Source: Kiritimatiellia bacterium (GTDB lineage: Bacteria > Verrucomicrobiota > Kiritimatiellia > RFP12 > JBMNHG01). From it: a stretch of 64,000 nt of DNA. Of this stretch, positions 1 to 11,029 are shown in pieces. Each line of letters begins with the position of its first letter. The first letter of the stretch is position 1. The DNA lies in assembly GCA_050950285.1 (NCBI GenBank), contig JBMNHG010000006.1:1-64000 (forward strand). Reading direction: 5' to 3'. Both the position numbers and the translations under genes were made by a program. The notes below the pieces were generated by a model. It was not told the origin of the DNA and ran no database searches. It was given only the letters and a program-made list of their open reading frames with translations.

Positions 1-1
1 A

Positions 2-894
2 CTATTCTACTTTTTTAACTTCTTTTTCTGTAATATTATCAAAAGATATTCCTTTTGGGAAGAACTGTCTGATTAATCCGTTTGTATTTTCGTTTGAGCC
101 TCTTTCCCATGAATGGTATGGATTAGCAAAGTAAATATCTATCTTGGTTTCTTTTCAATTAATTCGTGTTCTGCATTCTCTGTTCCATTGTCATAAGTAC
201 AAGTTAATCTTTTGCTTCTTGGAATAGTTTTAAACATAGCTACGGTCTTCTCTTTCATCTCTTCTGCTGTTTTGTTTTTCATTAAGCCTATCTTCACGAG
301 TCCGCTTTTTCTTTCCACATGGGTTAACAATACTTTGCCTTTTCTATTCTTTCCCCAAACAGTATCTCCCTCCCAGTCTCCAACCCTTTCCTTGTTCTCA
401 ACAATGCTAGGACGAAGAGAAATGTTTTTCTTTTTCTCAAGTTCCTTTCTTTGCTTTATTCTTAAACTAGTTCCTCTTCTTATTCTGTATTTACCTTTCT
501 GACACCTTAAATATTTAACTAATTCAGGACGTTTTTCATAGATAAAATTATATATACTATCTTTTCCTATTATGATTCCTTTTTTTCTTAACTTTCCGCT
601 AATTTCCTCAGGACTCCAATACTTTTTTAAATACCTGACCACAGTTCTTCTTAATTTAGGATCATTGTCTATTTTACGAAATCTCTTGTTGGCTTTAATT
701 CTATTGTTCTTAGTTATTTTCTTAGCTATTCTAGCATCATATACCTTGTCTTCTCTGCATTTCTTTGTTCTTTCTCTCCAGATTGTAGTTCTGTCTTTGT
801 TTAATAATTTAGCAATGTCTTTCTTTTTTAGGTTAGCTCTAAACAAAACAGCTAGCTCATTTCTTTGATTTGGTGTAATATGTGTATAGGACAT
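2..894 (-). mobile_element. IS30-family transposase, frameshifted near 150 and with an early stop near position 2 (pseudogene or sequence error)
   Basis: ORF 139..894 has an N-terminal HTH (IAKLLNKDRTTIWRE), WSPEEIS, GDWEGDTV and TYDNGTE. Another frame at 2-150 continues with IYFANPYHSWERGSNENTNGLIRQFFPKG, the IS30 DDE signature. A possible element end lies near 970-992. Confidence 0.9.
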
Positions 895-1081
895 CTTTTT
901 TGTGTTTATATTATTTTATTACTTATACAAGATATTATACCACAAGAGGTGTCCTTTTGTATTTTAGAAATGTTGCAGTTCGGAGTAGAATGTAGCGACC
1001 ATGCTTTGACAAAGAACTCATCTCATGTCATAATAATGTCATTCTTAAAAATATAAAAAATAATTAATTAAATAAATAATT

Positions 1082-2076
1082 ATGAAAACCAAAATTTTAT
1101 TTTCCTCACAGCATTTCTAATACTTGGAGTTTTTTGCATTTCAAGGGTAAATGCAACAGTAGATAACATGAGCAATTTTCAAGTCAATTCTTGTAATTTA
1201 CAGAATTTATCAACTTGTAATAGAAATGATTTATTGCAACTTCTTATCAAGCTGATATTGGTGCTAAATTCAAAAGACGAAATCACACTAAATACTGGAA
1301 GCCCTAAAGTCACTGTTACATATCCAAAAGAAGGAGATGTTCTATATGCCGGTATGTCATATACAATACATTGGAAGGCAGAGAACTTAAAGGGAGATAG
1401 TTTTGTTGTTTATGTGAAGCTACCAAATCAGCCTATGCATTATTTGGAAACTTTACCAAAAGCGACGAATTCGTATACTTGGAAAATTCCAGAAGAATAC
1501 GCTGGCAAACAAATCAGTATTTGGGTCGGTAGCGAGTTAAACGGCGATCTCGAAACAATCGTTGGTAATGGAGAGGTATTGGTAAATGTTATTAAACGAC
1601 CAAACTTGCCAGATCTTGTTGTTCAAGACATCTATTATGATTCTGATTACATCAAAGTAAAATATTGCAATCTTGGCGATAGTTTCGGTTCAGGGGACTT
1701 TTTGATAAAACTACGCAACGAAGCTACAGGAAAAGAATTTCTAGGCAATAGCTACCACAGATTCAATATTCCTCAGCCAGGACACTGTGTCGATACAGGA
1801 GGATTTAATTGCAGCTTGATTGGTATCTCTTGTGGCGATAATATTCAAATTTCTGCAGAAGTAGATTATGAGAAGAGGGTAACTGAAAGTAATGAAAACA
1901 ATAATTCAATTACTAAATATATAGGGATTGCGGAATCTAAAAAGACATACAGATTTGTAGACGAGAACGAGGGGATAGAGTATGAATATCCAGTAAACTT
2001 AAATACTAAATTTATTAATACTCAAAAATGGCCTCCAGTCGCAACGGTCAAAACAGGCTCTTTCGTTTGTGTTCCT
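1082..2076 (+). CDS. AT-rich secreted protein with an Ig-like domain and a CARDB-like domain, truncated at the composition junction
   Basis: ORF 1168.. contains VTVTYPKEGDVLYAGMSYTIHW and LPDLVVQDI...VDYEKRVTESNENNN. A signal peptide (FLTAFLILGVFCISRVNA) lies upstream in frame, and ATG 1082 is out of frame by a slip. The C-terminal part of the 397-aa ORF is read-through into foreign GC-rich DNA. Confidence 0.7.
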
Positions 2077-2375
2077 GCGCCCCGCCGGCCTGAAGGAACG
2101 CTTCGTCCACGCCCCCTCCGACGGCCCGGCACCCCGGAGGCGGACCCTCCACGCCGCCATCCGGGTCGACGCGGCGGGCGTCCCGGCGTCGGTCGCGTTC
2201 GGCGACGATGCGGGCGCCTTCGCCTTCGAGGGGCTCCCAGCCTCCCCGCCGCCCCCCTGGCTTTCCCCGGGGGAGTGGGACCTCCTGCGGGTGACCGTCC
2301 GCGCGCGCGGCGGCCGCGGAGGAGGACGTCCTCGTCCGCTTCCTGCCCGACGGCGCAGTGATCCTTCTGCGGTAG
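2071..2375 (+). pseudogene. 3' part of a small toxin-partner protein, paralogue of 56027..56662 (5' end lost at the junction; frameshift near 2312)
   Basis: RRTLHAAIRVDAAGVP...AFEGLPASPPPPWLSPGEWDLLRVTVR, then after a frame change AAAAEEDVLVRFLPDGAVILLR*. This aligns by eye with RKTLSFEMRLDADGSP...AFPGLDLSPPPAWMFSTDWNRIEAVARG...ARLSDDAAIFILR*. Confidence 0.8.
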
Positions 2376-2379
2376 CGCC

Positions 2380-5300
2380 ATGGGACTCCTGCAGTCGATA
2401 CGCCATTGGATGTTCGCGGGCGCCTGCCTTGCTGTGCCGGCGTGCCGCTGCTCTTCTGCCTCGGCGCCTGGGCCGGGACGTCGCCCGGCCTGCGCCGCCT
2501 CTTCCGCGCTCTCGGCGACCGGTTCCGCTCGCTTGCGCCCCTCCGTCAGGGCGGCGCTCTCCGCCCTCCTGGCGGTCGCCACCCTGCACGGCGTCCCGAA
2601 GGTGCCGCCCGGAAGCAACGCCCCGTCTTCCGGCCCTCCCCCGGCGGGCATGCTCTCCGGCGGCCCTCCCGGCGCGGCCCGCGCGCGGCCCCTCCTCCGG
2701 CCCCCGCCTGACCGCCGACCAGTACCGGGCCGGCTTCGCGCTCCGCGCGCGTCGCCACCAATCCGTCGCCCGCCCTGGCCTCCGTTCCGTCGAACGCCGT
2801 CGTCCACGCCCCCTGGACCCGCTACGGGGTGGCCGAGGACACCTTCTGGCTCCCCGCCACCAAACTGGTCCTTCACCCTCGGCACCAACCGCGTCGGGGG
2901 GCTGCACGTCTCCAGCAGCGGAACGCTCTCCTTCGGTTGGCCCAAGGGCTCGCCCCGCGCCCGCCGGATGCCCGACGGCTCGGGCCTCGACTTCCTCGCC
3001 CCCCTGCAGACCTCCCTCGGCATCGTCCCGCCGGCCGGACGCTTCTGGCACGCCCCGACCGCCTCCAACAGCCTGCTCCTCGCCTGGCAGGACGTCTTCG
3101 CCGGCCGCGACGCCGGCCTCCCTGTCACCTTCCAGGCCGAACTCTTCCCCTCCGGCGACTTCGTCTACCGCTACGACTTGTCCCGGCTGTCCGCCACCAA
3201 CGCGCTGCCGGCTACCAACTGGGTCGTCGGCGCCCAGCACGGCGGCGGCGGCGAGACCTTCGCCTTCGGCGGCACGGGCGTCCTCGTCCACGGCCTCGAA
3301 CTCCACTGGCGCGCCTTCGGCATGCTCGACCCGGACGTCGCCGACCACGACGGCGACGGGCTCTCCACCTACGACGAGGTGATGGTCCACGGCACCGACC
3401 CCCGCCTGCCCGACACCGACCTCGACGGCGTTTTGGACGGCGCCGAAGTCGCCGCCGGAACGAGTCCGCTGCTCCGCGACACCGACGGCGACGGGCTCGT
3501 CGACGGCTCCGACCCCGATCCGCTGTCCCCGACGCCGCTCGACGACCTCGACGGCGACGGCATCCCCGATGCCTGCGAGACGGCGAAGTTCGGCTCCACC
3601 AACGCGGTGGACAGCCTCGCCTTCGACCCCGGCGGAACCGGCTTCCCGCTCTCGACGAAGATCGCCGCGGGCATGGACCCCTTCGCGGAGGCTTCCGCTC
3701 CGACGAACCTCGCCTGGAACCTCGCCTCCCTCAAGCTCTTCGACGCCTTCCGGTGCGACCTCCCCGCCGGCGGCACGAACCGGGTGTACGAGCGCACCTT
3801 CACGATCGACCGCGACGGCGGCTGGCAGCAGTACTTCCTCTCCGCCTCCTCGAATGCGCCCGCAGGCTGGTCGCTCGACGGCATGGCGCTCGAGTGGGCC
3901 GACTCCGAAGGCGGAAGCGGCACCGCGACCGCCTCGCCGCCCGACGACAGCCTCTGGCTGCCCGTCTCGACGAACGGCCCCGCGGAACTCACCCTGCGGC
4001 TCCGCGCCACCTCGACGAATTCGACCTGCGCCAGGCCGCTGTACCTGCTGGCCTGGGCGCCGGGCGTCCTCGTGGGCGGCGCCGGGGCGGCGGCGGAAAT
4101 CAACGGCGCGCGCTGCCAGGCCGTCGAATGGACGGGCGGCGGGACGTCGGTCGGCGTCCGGTACGACTTCTCCAACCGCCCCTGCCGCGCCGCGCCCTCC
4201 GAGATGGAGCAGGCCGCGCTCCTCGACCCGTTCCCCGGCGAAGCCCGCCTCGTCTTCACGCCGAACGACGCCTTCACGGGCGGCTCGCTCGCGGCGAAGG
4301 CGCCCGGCATCTACGACGTGCCCGGATGCACGATCGCCCCCGCGCCGCCCCCGGCGCGGCGGGGCGCCCGGGGCGCAGGCGGCCAGGGCGACCCCGGGGA
4401 AGGCCCGGTCGAACGCCTCCTCTTCTTCGATCCCCGCATCGCCTACGGCGACGGCCGCCACGGCGGATGCGGGACCACGCTCTTCTTCGACGCCGCGACG
4501 GGCGACTACGAGCCCGCTTCCGACTACCCCCTCGACAGCCGGTGCCTCCGGGAGGGCTGGCGGCAGGATGCCACGGGCGGCCACCCGTGCGACTGCAGGG
4601 CCGAAATCGGCTACGGCGACCCGGCGCTGGCCGCGTACTTCGACGAAACCGTCGAAGACGACGGCCTTCGCGCCACCGGCACCATCTTCTTCGACGGCAG
4701 GCCGGTCTGGAGCGGGGAGGCCATCCACCGCGTCGGCGAAAGATGCCACGACCCCTTCTACGACGAATGCGGCGACTGCGCGTCCGGATGCGCCGACGGC
4801 GACTGCGACGGCCTCGAAGGCGACGGCCCTCGGCTCGCTCGCCTTCCGCATCCCCCTCGGCATCCCCCGCGACGGCCAGGTCTCCGGCTTCCTCTGGTTC
4901 CGGGCGACGGAGCCGCTGCTCGTCGCGCCCGCCACCTTCAACCTGCTCGCCCGCGACGACGCCGCCGTCGCCGAAAGCGCCGCCGGCGGAACCCGCACCA
5001 TCGCCTGCTCCGACGCCCGAGGCCGCACCGTCGTCGTCGAACCGATCGCCCATGGCGTCCGGATCGCCGTCCGCAAGACCGCCGGCGACGAACTGGAGCA
5101 CGTCTGGGAGATCGCCAACGTCGGCGGGAGCCCGCGCCAAGTCGCGTTCAAGAAGATCAGCCGCCGGGACAACGTCATGCGCGACGTCGTCTACTCATAT
5201 CGTGGGGATGGGGAGTGGGCGTGCTTCGACAACATCGCGCAGACCTCCGAGCAGGTGATCCGCACCGACACGCTCGACGACGGCCCCCACGGCGTCCTCC

Positions 5301-8300
5301 GCGAAGAACGCATCGTGCGCGACGCCGCCGGCGCGATCCTCTCGCGGGACGTCGCCGAGTCCCGGCGCTTCGGCTGCGGGCAGGACGCGACGCTCCGCCA
5401 GACCTACCACGCCACGCTCGGCCTCGAGCCCGACGGCGCGCCCGGCCTGGTCGAAGACCATGCCTCCTACTGGACGGACGACGCCCACCCCCGCCGCAAC
5501 GGACGCCCCCGCCTCGTTTGGGGCGAGTCGCGCCCGTGGAGCTACCAGGCCTGGGACGCCGAGGGCCGCGAAATCCTCCGCCTCGACCCGCTCGACGGCT
5601 CGGCGGCACCCCTGGATTTTGTCGATCAGTCCGATCCGACCGATCTGACCGATCTGTCTGATTTCCCCACCATCACCGCCATCGCCACCGTCTCCGACTA
5701 CGCGCCGCTGGCGGGCGATTCCAATCCGCCCGCCGCCCTCGATTCCGTCCGCACCGAGTCGCGCCACCTCGTCCGCGACGGCGCGGCGACGTGCATCGGA
5801 CGCACCTGGCACGTCCATACCGTCGGCACGGACACGGTGGGCCGCGCCTTCGCGACCGTGAAGACGATCCGCGCCTGCTCCCCGACCGCCGCCTTCGACG
5901 ACCCCGGCAACGCCGTCTCGACCGCCACCCGCTTCGACGCCGACGCCCCCGGCATCCCGCTGCTCCTGCGCGGCCGCCCGCTCGAATCCACCGACGAAGA
6001 CGGCGTGACCACCGCCTGCGACTACGCCCTCGGCGACTACGACCCCGCCACCCGCACCTTCGCCCCCGGCGGTTCTGGAACCGCGCTCCGCACCATCGCC
6101 CGGCGTTCCTATCGGTCCAATCCGTCCGATACGTCCGATCTGACCATCCAAGATTCCGCGCACGGCACGACGCTCTACTCCGCCACCCTCCTTCACGCCA
6201 CCGGTGAGACGCTCGACTGGCAGGCGCACCTCTACGACGACAAGAACCGCCTCCGCTCCACGCTTTACTCCGACGGCTCCACCTCCACCAACGCCTACTC
6301 CTGCTGCCGCCTGCTCTTCACCATCGACCGCGACGGACGGAAGACCGAGCGGCTCGCGCAGACCGGCACAGACCACTTGCGATACGCCATGCTCGACGTG
6401 TCGTTTCCAGAGCTCCCGCAAAACGAAGGCGGTCCTTCCGGCTACTACTTCGCCGTGCCGGGTGCCTATTCATATGCCCGCACCTACGACTTCCGGGCGA
6501 CGGAGCACAGTTTCGATGCGATGGGCCGGCGCATCCGCACCCGCGAACTCGCGACAAACCCCGATCGCTCGCAAGACATCGCGACGCTTCGCAAAACCAG
6601 CTATGGATGGGAAGCGTCGGAAACCACCAGCTACCCCCATGGCATATCCGACTTCCAGGTCCACACCGACGCGCGGGGACTCGTCACCCAAACCGCGTTC
6701 ACGCAAACCCCCGCCGAAACCATCCGGACGACGGACACCTTCGACGGCACCGCGCTTCTGATGCGCACCACCTCGCGCACCGTGCGCGGCGGCGGTTCCA
6801 CCACCCGCCGGGAATGGGACGGCGAATGGACGGAAGCAAGCTCCACCACCACGTTCGCCCCGGACGGGCGGCGAATCGAAATCGCCACCCTTGCCACGTC
6901 CGACGCCCCCATGGTCACAAACAGCGTGGTGGAATACGACTTCCTCGGACGCATCGCCGCTTCCGAAACGCCGCTCTCCCGCACGGAATACGCCTACCAC
7001 GGCAGTTCGCGCCGCGTCGCGTCGGAAACGGAAGTCCGCTCCGGAAGCGTCGCGACGCCCCTCTACGACGAACTCGGCGACGCCATCGGCAGCGTGGCCG
7101 ACGGCGTGGCGTCGATGTCGCTCACCACCTACGAACTGCGCTCCAACGCCTGGTGGCGCGTCGCGACCTCCTTCCTGACGGCCGACGGCCGGACCAACGG
7201 GCTTTCCGTGTCCCGCACGCGCCTGACGGGGCTTTCCAACGCCCTGCGCTCCTGCGTCGAAACCGAGGCCGACGGCGCGACGACGCGCGTCACCACGTCG
7301 TTCGACCCGGTCGCCAAGGTGTCCACGGACACCCTCGAACGCACCGGCATGGCGACCACGACGCGCAAGCGCATGTTCGGGCGGGAGATCGAGGCGACGG
7401 ACGCCGACGGCGTCACCCGCTACAACTACTTCGACCCCTACGGTCGCGTCTACCTCACGCGGGAGTTCACGGGCGAACGCCTCCACTGGCGCACCCTCGC
7501 CATGCGCGACAGCGTCGGCGACGTCTACGCCTCCGCCCGCTTCATCGGCGGCACCCCGCACTGGAACAACGTCGCCCGGTTCAACGGCTTCGACTCGCGC
7601 GGCAACCTCGTCGCCTCCACCAATGAAATGGGGTACGTCACGCATTCGCTCTTCGACTCCGCCGGACGCCTCGCCGCGCGCTTCGGCGCGGCCTACCCCG
7701 TGGCCTACGGCTACGACGCGACGGGACGCCTGAAGTCCCTCTTCACCACGCGCAGCGGCGCAACGTGGGACGTCACGCACTGGAACTACGACCCCGCCAC
7801 GGGGCTGGTCACCAACAAGGTTTATGCCGACGGCTCCGCGCTTGCGCATGGCTGGACGCCCGACGGCCTGCCGGAGCGCACCACCTGGGCGCGGGGCGCA
7901 TGGCGTCATGTCGCGTACAACGACCGGCGACTTCCCGCCGCCGTCTCGTACTCCGACCCCGGCACGCCGGGCCATGAATTGTCCTACGACGCCTTCGGGC
8001 GGCTCGTCGCCGTGGCCGACGCCGCCGGACGCCGCCACGGCTACGCCTACGGCGCTTCCGCCGCCTCGCCGACGAACGAGACCGCCGCCGCGGACTCCGC
8101 CACGAACGCCATCGCCCGAATCCTCGACGCCAACGGCCGCCCGGTCTCCACGACCTTGCGCGTCAGCGGCGCACCGCGCGGCGGAACGTGGCATGCCTAT
8201 GCGGACTCGGGCAGGCTGGCGCACGTCGCCGCCACCAACGCCCAGGGGCGCGGGCTTGTGGCCGCCTACACCAACTTTCGCCGGGCGCTCGTTTGGCCAT

Positions 8301-10067
8301 TCGGTCGAACTGCCCTCCGGCGCGGTCTTCACGCGGACGCTCGCGCGCGACGCCTACCGCCCGAACCGCGTCACCTCCATTGCCCATGCGTTCGACGGCG
8401 TGGAGGTCAGCCGATACGCGCACACCTTCGATGCGCTCGACCGCCTCGCCGCCCGCAACGCCGACGCCTTCGGCTACAACGCCCGCTCGGAAGTCGTGTC
8501 CGCCACCGTCGCATCCAACGAATACGCCTACGCCTACGACCACATCGGGAACCACACGACTTCATCTGTTAACTCCGCCACGACGAGCTTTGACACGGCC
8601 AACGCCCTGAACCAATACACATCCTTCTCAAATCTTGTCCAATCCTGTAATCCTGTCCATGACCTCGATGGAAACATGCTGACCAATGGCGTTTGGTCTT
8701 ACACGTGGGATTGCGAGAATCGGCTTGTCACGGTGTCCTCAAACAACGTCTGCGTCGTTTCCAACGCCTACGACTATCTTTCCCGCCGCGTCCTGAAGGC
8801 CACGCCCGAGGCGGTTCACGCCTTCGTCTATGACGGCTGGAACTTGATCCACGAAACCGTGACGGCGGGCAACGGCGACGTTTCGGAAATCCAGTACTTC
8901 TGGGGGCCCGACCTCTCCGGCACGCTCCAAGGCGCCGGCGGCGTCGGCGGCTTGCTCGCCGTTTCCATCAACGGGCAGTTCTACCTGCCCTGCGTTGACA
9001 ACAACGGCAACATCACCGCCTACATCGACGAGCAAGGCGTCGCCGTGGCAGAATACACTTACGACGCCTTCGGTGGCACCATCGAAAAATCAGGGGCAAT
9101 GGCGGATGCCTTCGCCCACCGCTTCAGCACGAAGTACTATGATGCTGAAACCGGGCTGTATTATTACGGACGCCGTTTTTATTTGCCAACGCTCCACCGC
9201 TGGCTCAACCGTGATCCGATCCAAGAAAAAGGCGGAGCGAATCTGTATGCGTTTTGCAGGAATGATGGAGTGAACGCCGTGGATTTGCTGGGGCTTGCCT
9301 TGTATGCCTTTGATGGAACCTGGAATGACAAGGACAAAATGAAGCGTCCGACCAATGTCGCCAAGCTATATAGAGCCTATACGAAAGAAAAAAGCTATAA
9401 AAAAGGAATCGGAACGTCTAGCGTGACAAGGTTGATTGGTGGAGCGACGGGCGCTGGCGGGAAAAGTCGCGTTAAATCCATGTATGAAGATTTAGTAAGG
9501 ATTTACAACACACCCGATCCAACTGGCGAAAACCAGAAGATTGATGTCATCGGCTTCAGCCGTGGCGCGGCGCTTGCGCGCGATTTCGTGAACTACATCA
9601 ACGAGCAAGGCGGCGTGCCAATGACGACGAAAAGCGGCGAGAAGGTTGTTTGCCCCGTGAAGATTCGCTTCCTGGGCCTTTTTGACACGGTGGCCTCCTT
9701 TGGGATACCCGGAAATGGCGTAAACCTCGGATACGATCTCTCCATCCCCGGCAACGTTGAACATGTTCGCCATGCGATTGCCCAAGATGAATATCGCGGC
9801 ATGTTCCCCCTCTCGCCCGTTTTGGATCCGGACGGGACCGGTGTCGATCCAAGAATCGTTGAACGTCCCTTCCGGGGCTCGCATTCTGATATCGGCGGAG
9901 GATATGACGTTGGAGACCGATCGAATTTCGCCTTGAACTGGATGTATCACGAGGCCATCCGAGTGGGCGTGCCCTTTGGGCCGCTCAATCCCGAAGACAT
10001 CGGCGCAAGCGATCCGGTCATGCACGACACCGGAGGCACGGGGCCCCGGGACATCGATTATCCATAA
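2380..10067 (+). CDS. Giant Rhs/YD-repeat polymorphic toxin (about 2560 aa if frame-corrected) with N-terminal membrane segments, DxDxDG repeats, a Cys-rich linker, an Rhs core and a C-terminal Tle1/DUF2235 phospholipase; several frameshifts
   Basis: Coding frame passes through ORFs 2380.., 3569.. (from ~4826) and 7824.. (from ~8277), with further slips at ~2450-2860. Motifs: DHDGDGLSTYDE, DTDGDGLVDG, YD repeats, HRFSTKYYDAETGLYYYGRRFY...WLNRDPIQEKGGANLYAF...VDLLGL. The tip has AFDGTWN, TNVAKLY, GFSRGAALAR, FLGLFDTV and GSHSDIGGGY. Confidence 0.88.
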
Positions 10068-10091
10068 GGACCAGCAAGCGAGGAGATTGCC

Positions 10092-10487
10092 ATGAAGGAA
10101 AGGGCGATACGTCTTTTTTCAGCAGCGACGCTTTCCATTATGATGTCGGCGCTTGGGGGATGCATGACACGGGACTATGCGGTCGGTATAAGAAACCGAA
10201 CCGAAAAGATGATACATGAAGCCAGCGTTTCATACGATGGGTTCCAGTCGGTTGGAGGCACTTTAATAGCAGGCGGTAAATCTATACACCTTTTCCCAGA
10301 AGTCCCCATACCCAAGATTGCGCAAGTCGAATGGCAAACAGAAGACGGTGTTTTTCACCGGCGGAATGTCGAGGTTAAAAAGAACATGCCAAGAGGTTTT
10401 AAAGGGTATTTGATGTTTGAAATCACGGACGGGAAGGTTGTCCTCCTTTTCGAGGAGTACTATGAAATGCCTTCGGGTTTCAGATGA
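10092..10487 (+). CDS. Lipoprotein, putative immunity protein to the Tle1-like toxin (copy 1)
   Basis: Directly downstream of the toxin stop, with an AGGAG RBS, a lipobox LGG-C and lower GC than the Rhs core. Confidence 0.8.
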   Translation: MKERAIRLFSAATLSIMMSALGGCMTRDYAVGIRNRTEKMIHEASVSYDGFQSVGGTLIAGGKSIHLFPEVPIPKIAQVEWQTEDGVFHRRNVEVKKNMPRGFKGYLMFEITDGKVVLLFEEYYEMPSGFR

Positions 10488-10574
10488 AACCATGAGCCTT
10501 GGCGCAAATGAACGCGAGGCACGGGGCCCCGGGACATCGATTACCCATAAGGACCAGCAAACGAGGAGATTGCC

Positions 10575-10961
10575 ATGAAAGAAAGGGCGACACGTATTTT
10601 TCCAGCAGCGACGCTTTCCATTATGATGTTGGCGCTTGGGGGATGCATGACACAGGACTATGCGGTCGGTATAAGGAACAGAACCGAAAAGATGATACAT
10701 GAAGCCAGTGTATCATACGATGGATTCCAGTCTGTTGGAGGCACAATTGGAGCAGGTCGCGCTTCTGTACACCATTCTCCAGAAGTTCCAATCCCGGAAG
10801 TTGCACAAGTCGAGTGGCAAACAGAAGACGGTGTTTTTCATCGGCAGAATGTCGAGGTTAAAAAAAACATGCCAAGAGGTTTTGGCGTGTATTGGTATTT
10901 GATGTTTGAAATCACGGACAGGGAGGTTGTTCTCCGCTTTTTAGAAGACAGGGGGCAATAA
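10575..10961 (+). CDS. Lipoprotein, putative immunity protein (diverged tandem copy 2)
   Basis: Highly similar to 10092..10487 and preceded by a duplicate of the last codons of the toxin gene (about 10515-10550). Confidence 0.8.
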   Translation: MKERATRIFPAATLSIMMLALGGCMTQDYAVGIRNRTEKMIHEASVSYDGFQSVGGTIGAGRASVHHSPEVPIPEVAQVEWQTEDGVFHRQNVEVKKNMPRGFGVYWYLMFEITDREVVLRFLEDRGQ

Positions 10962-11029
10962 TACAGCGATGTGTTGGAAGCAATTCCCGTTTCAGAAATC
11001 CAAGGAGAGAATCTGGAAAACGCTACAAA

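Noticed and set aside
2380..4800. T6SS PAAR/VgrG or Tc-toxin SpvB N-terminus for Rhs1
   Set aside because: No PAAR, DUF6531-like or SpvB motifs are recognisable. The N-terminus has hydrophobic anchors and Ca-binding repeats instead.
4815..4835. Programmed frameshift joining the two halves of Rhs1
   Set aside because: There is no slippery heptamer, and similar single-base slips are scattered across unrelated genes.
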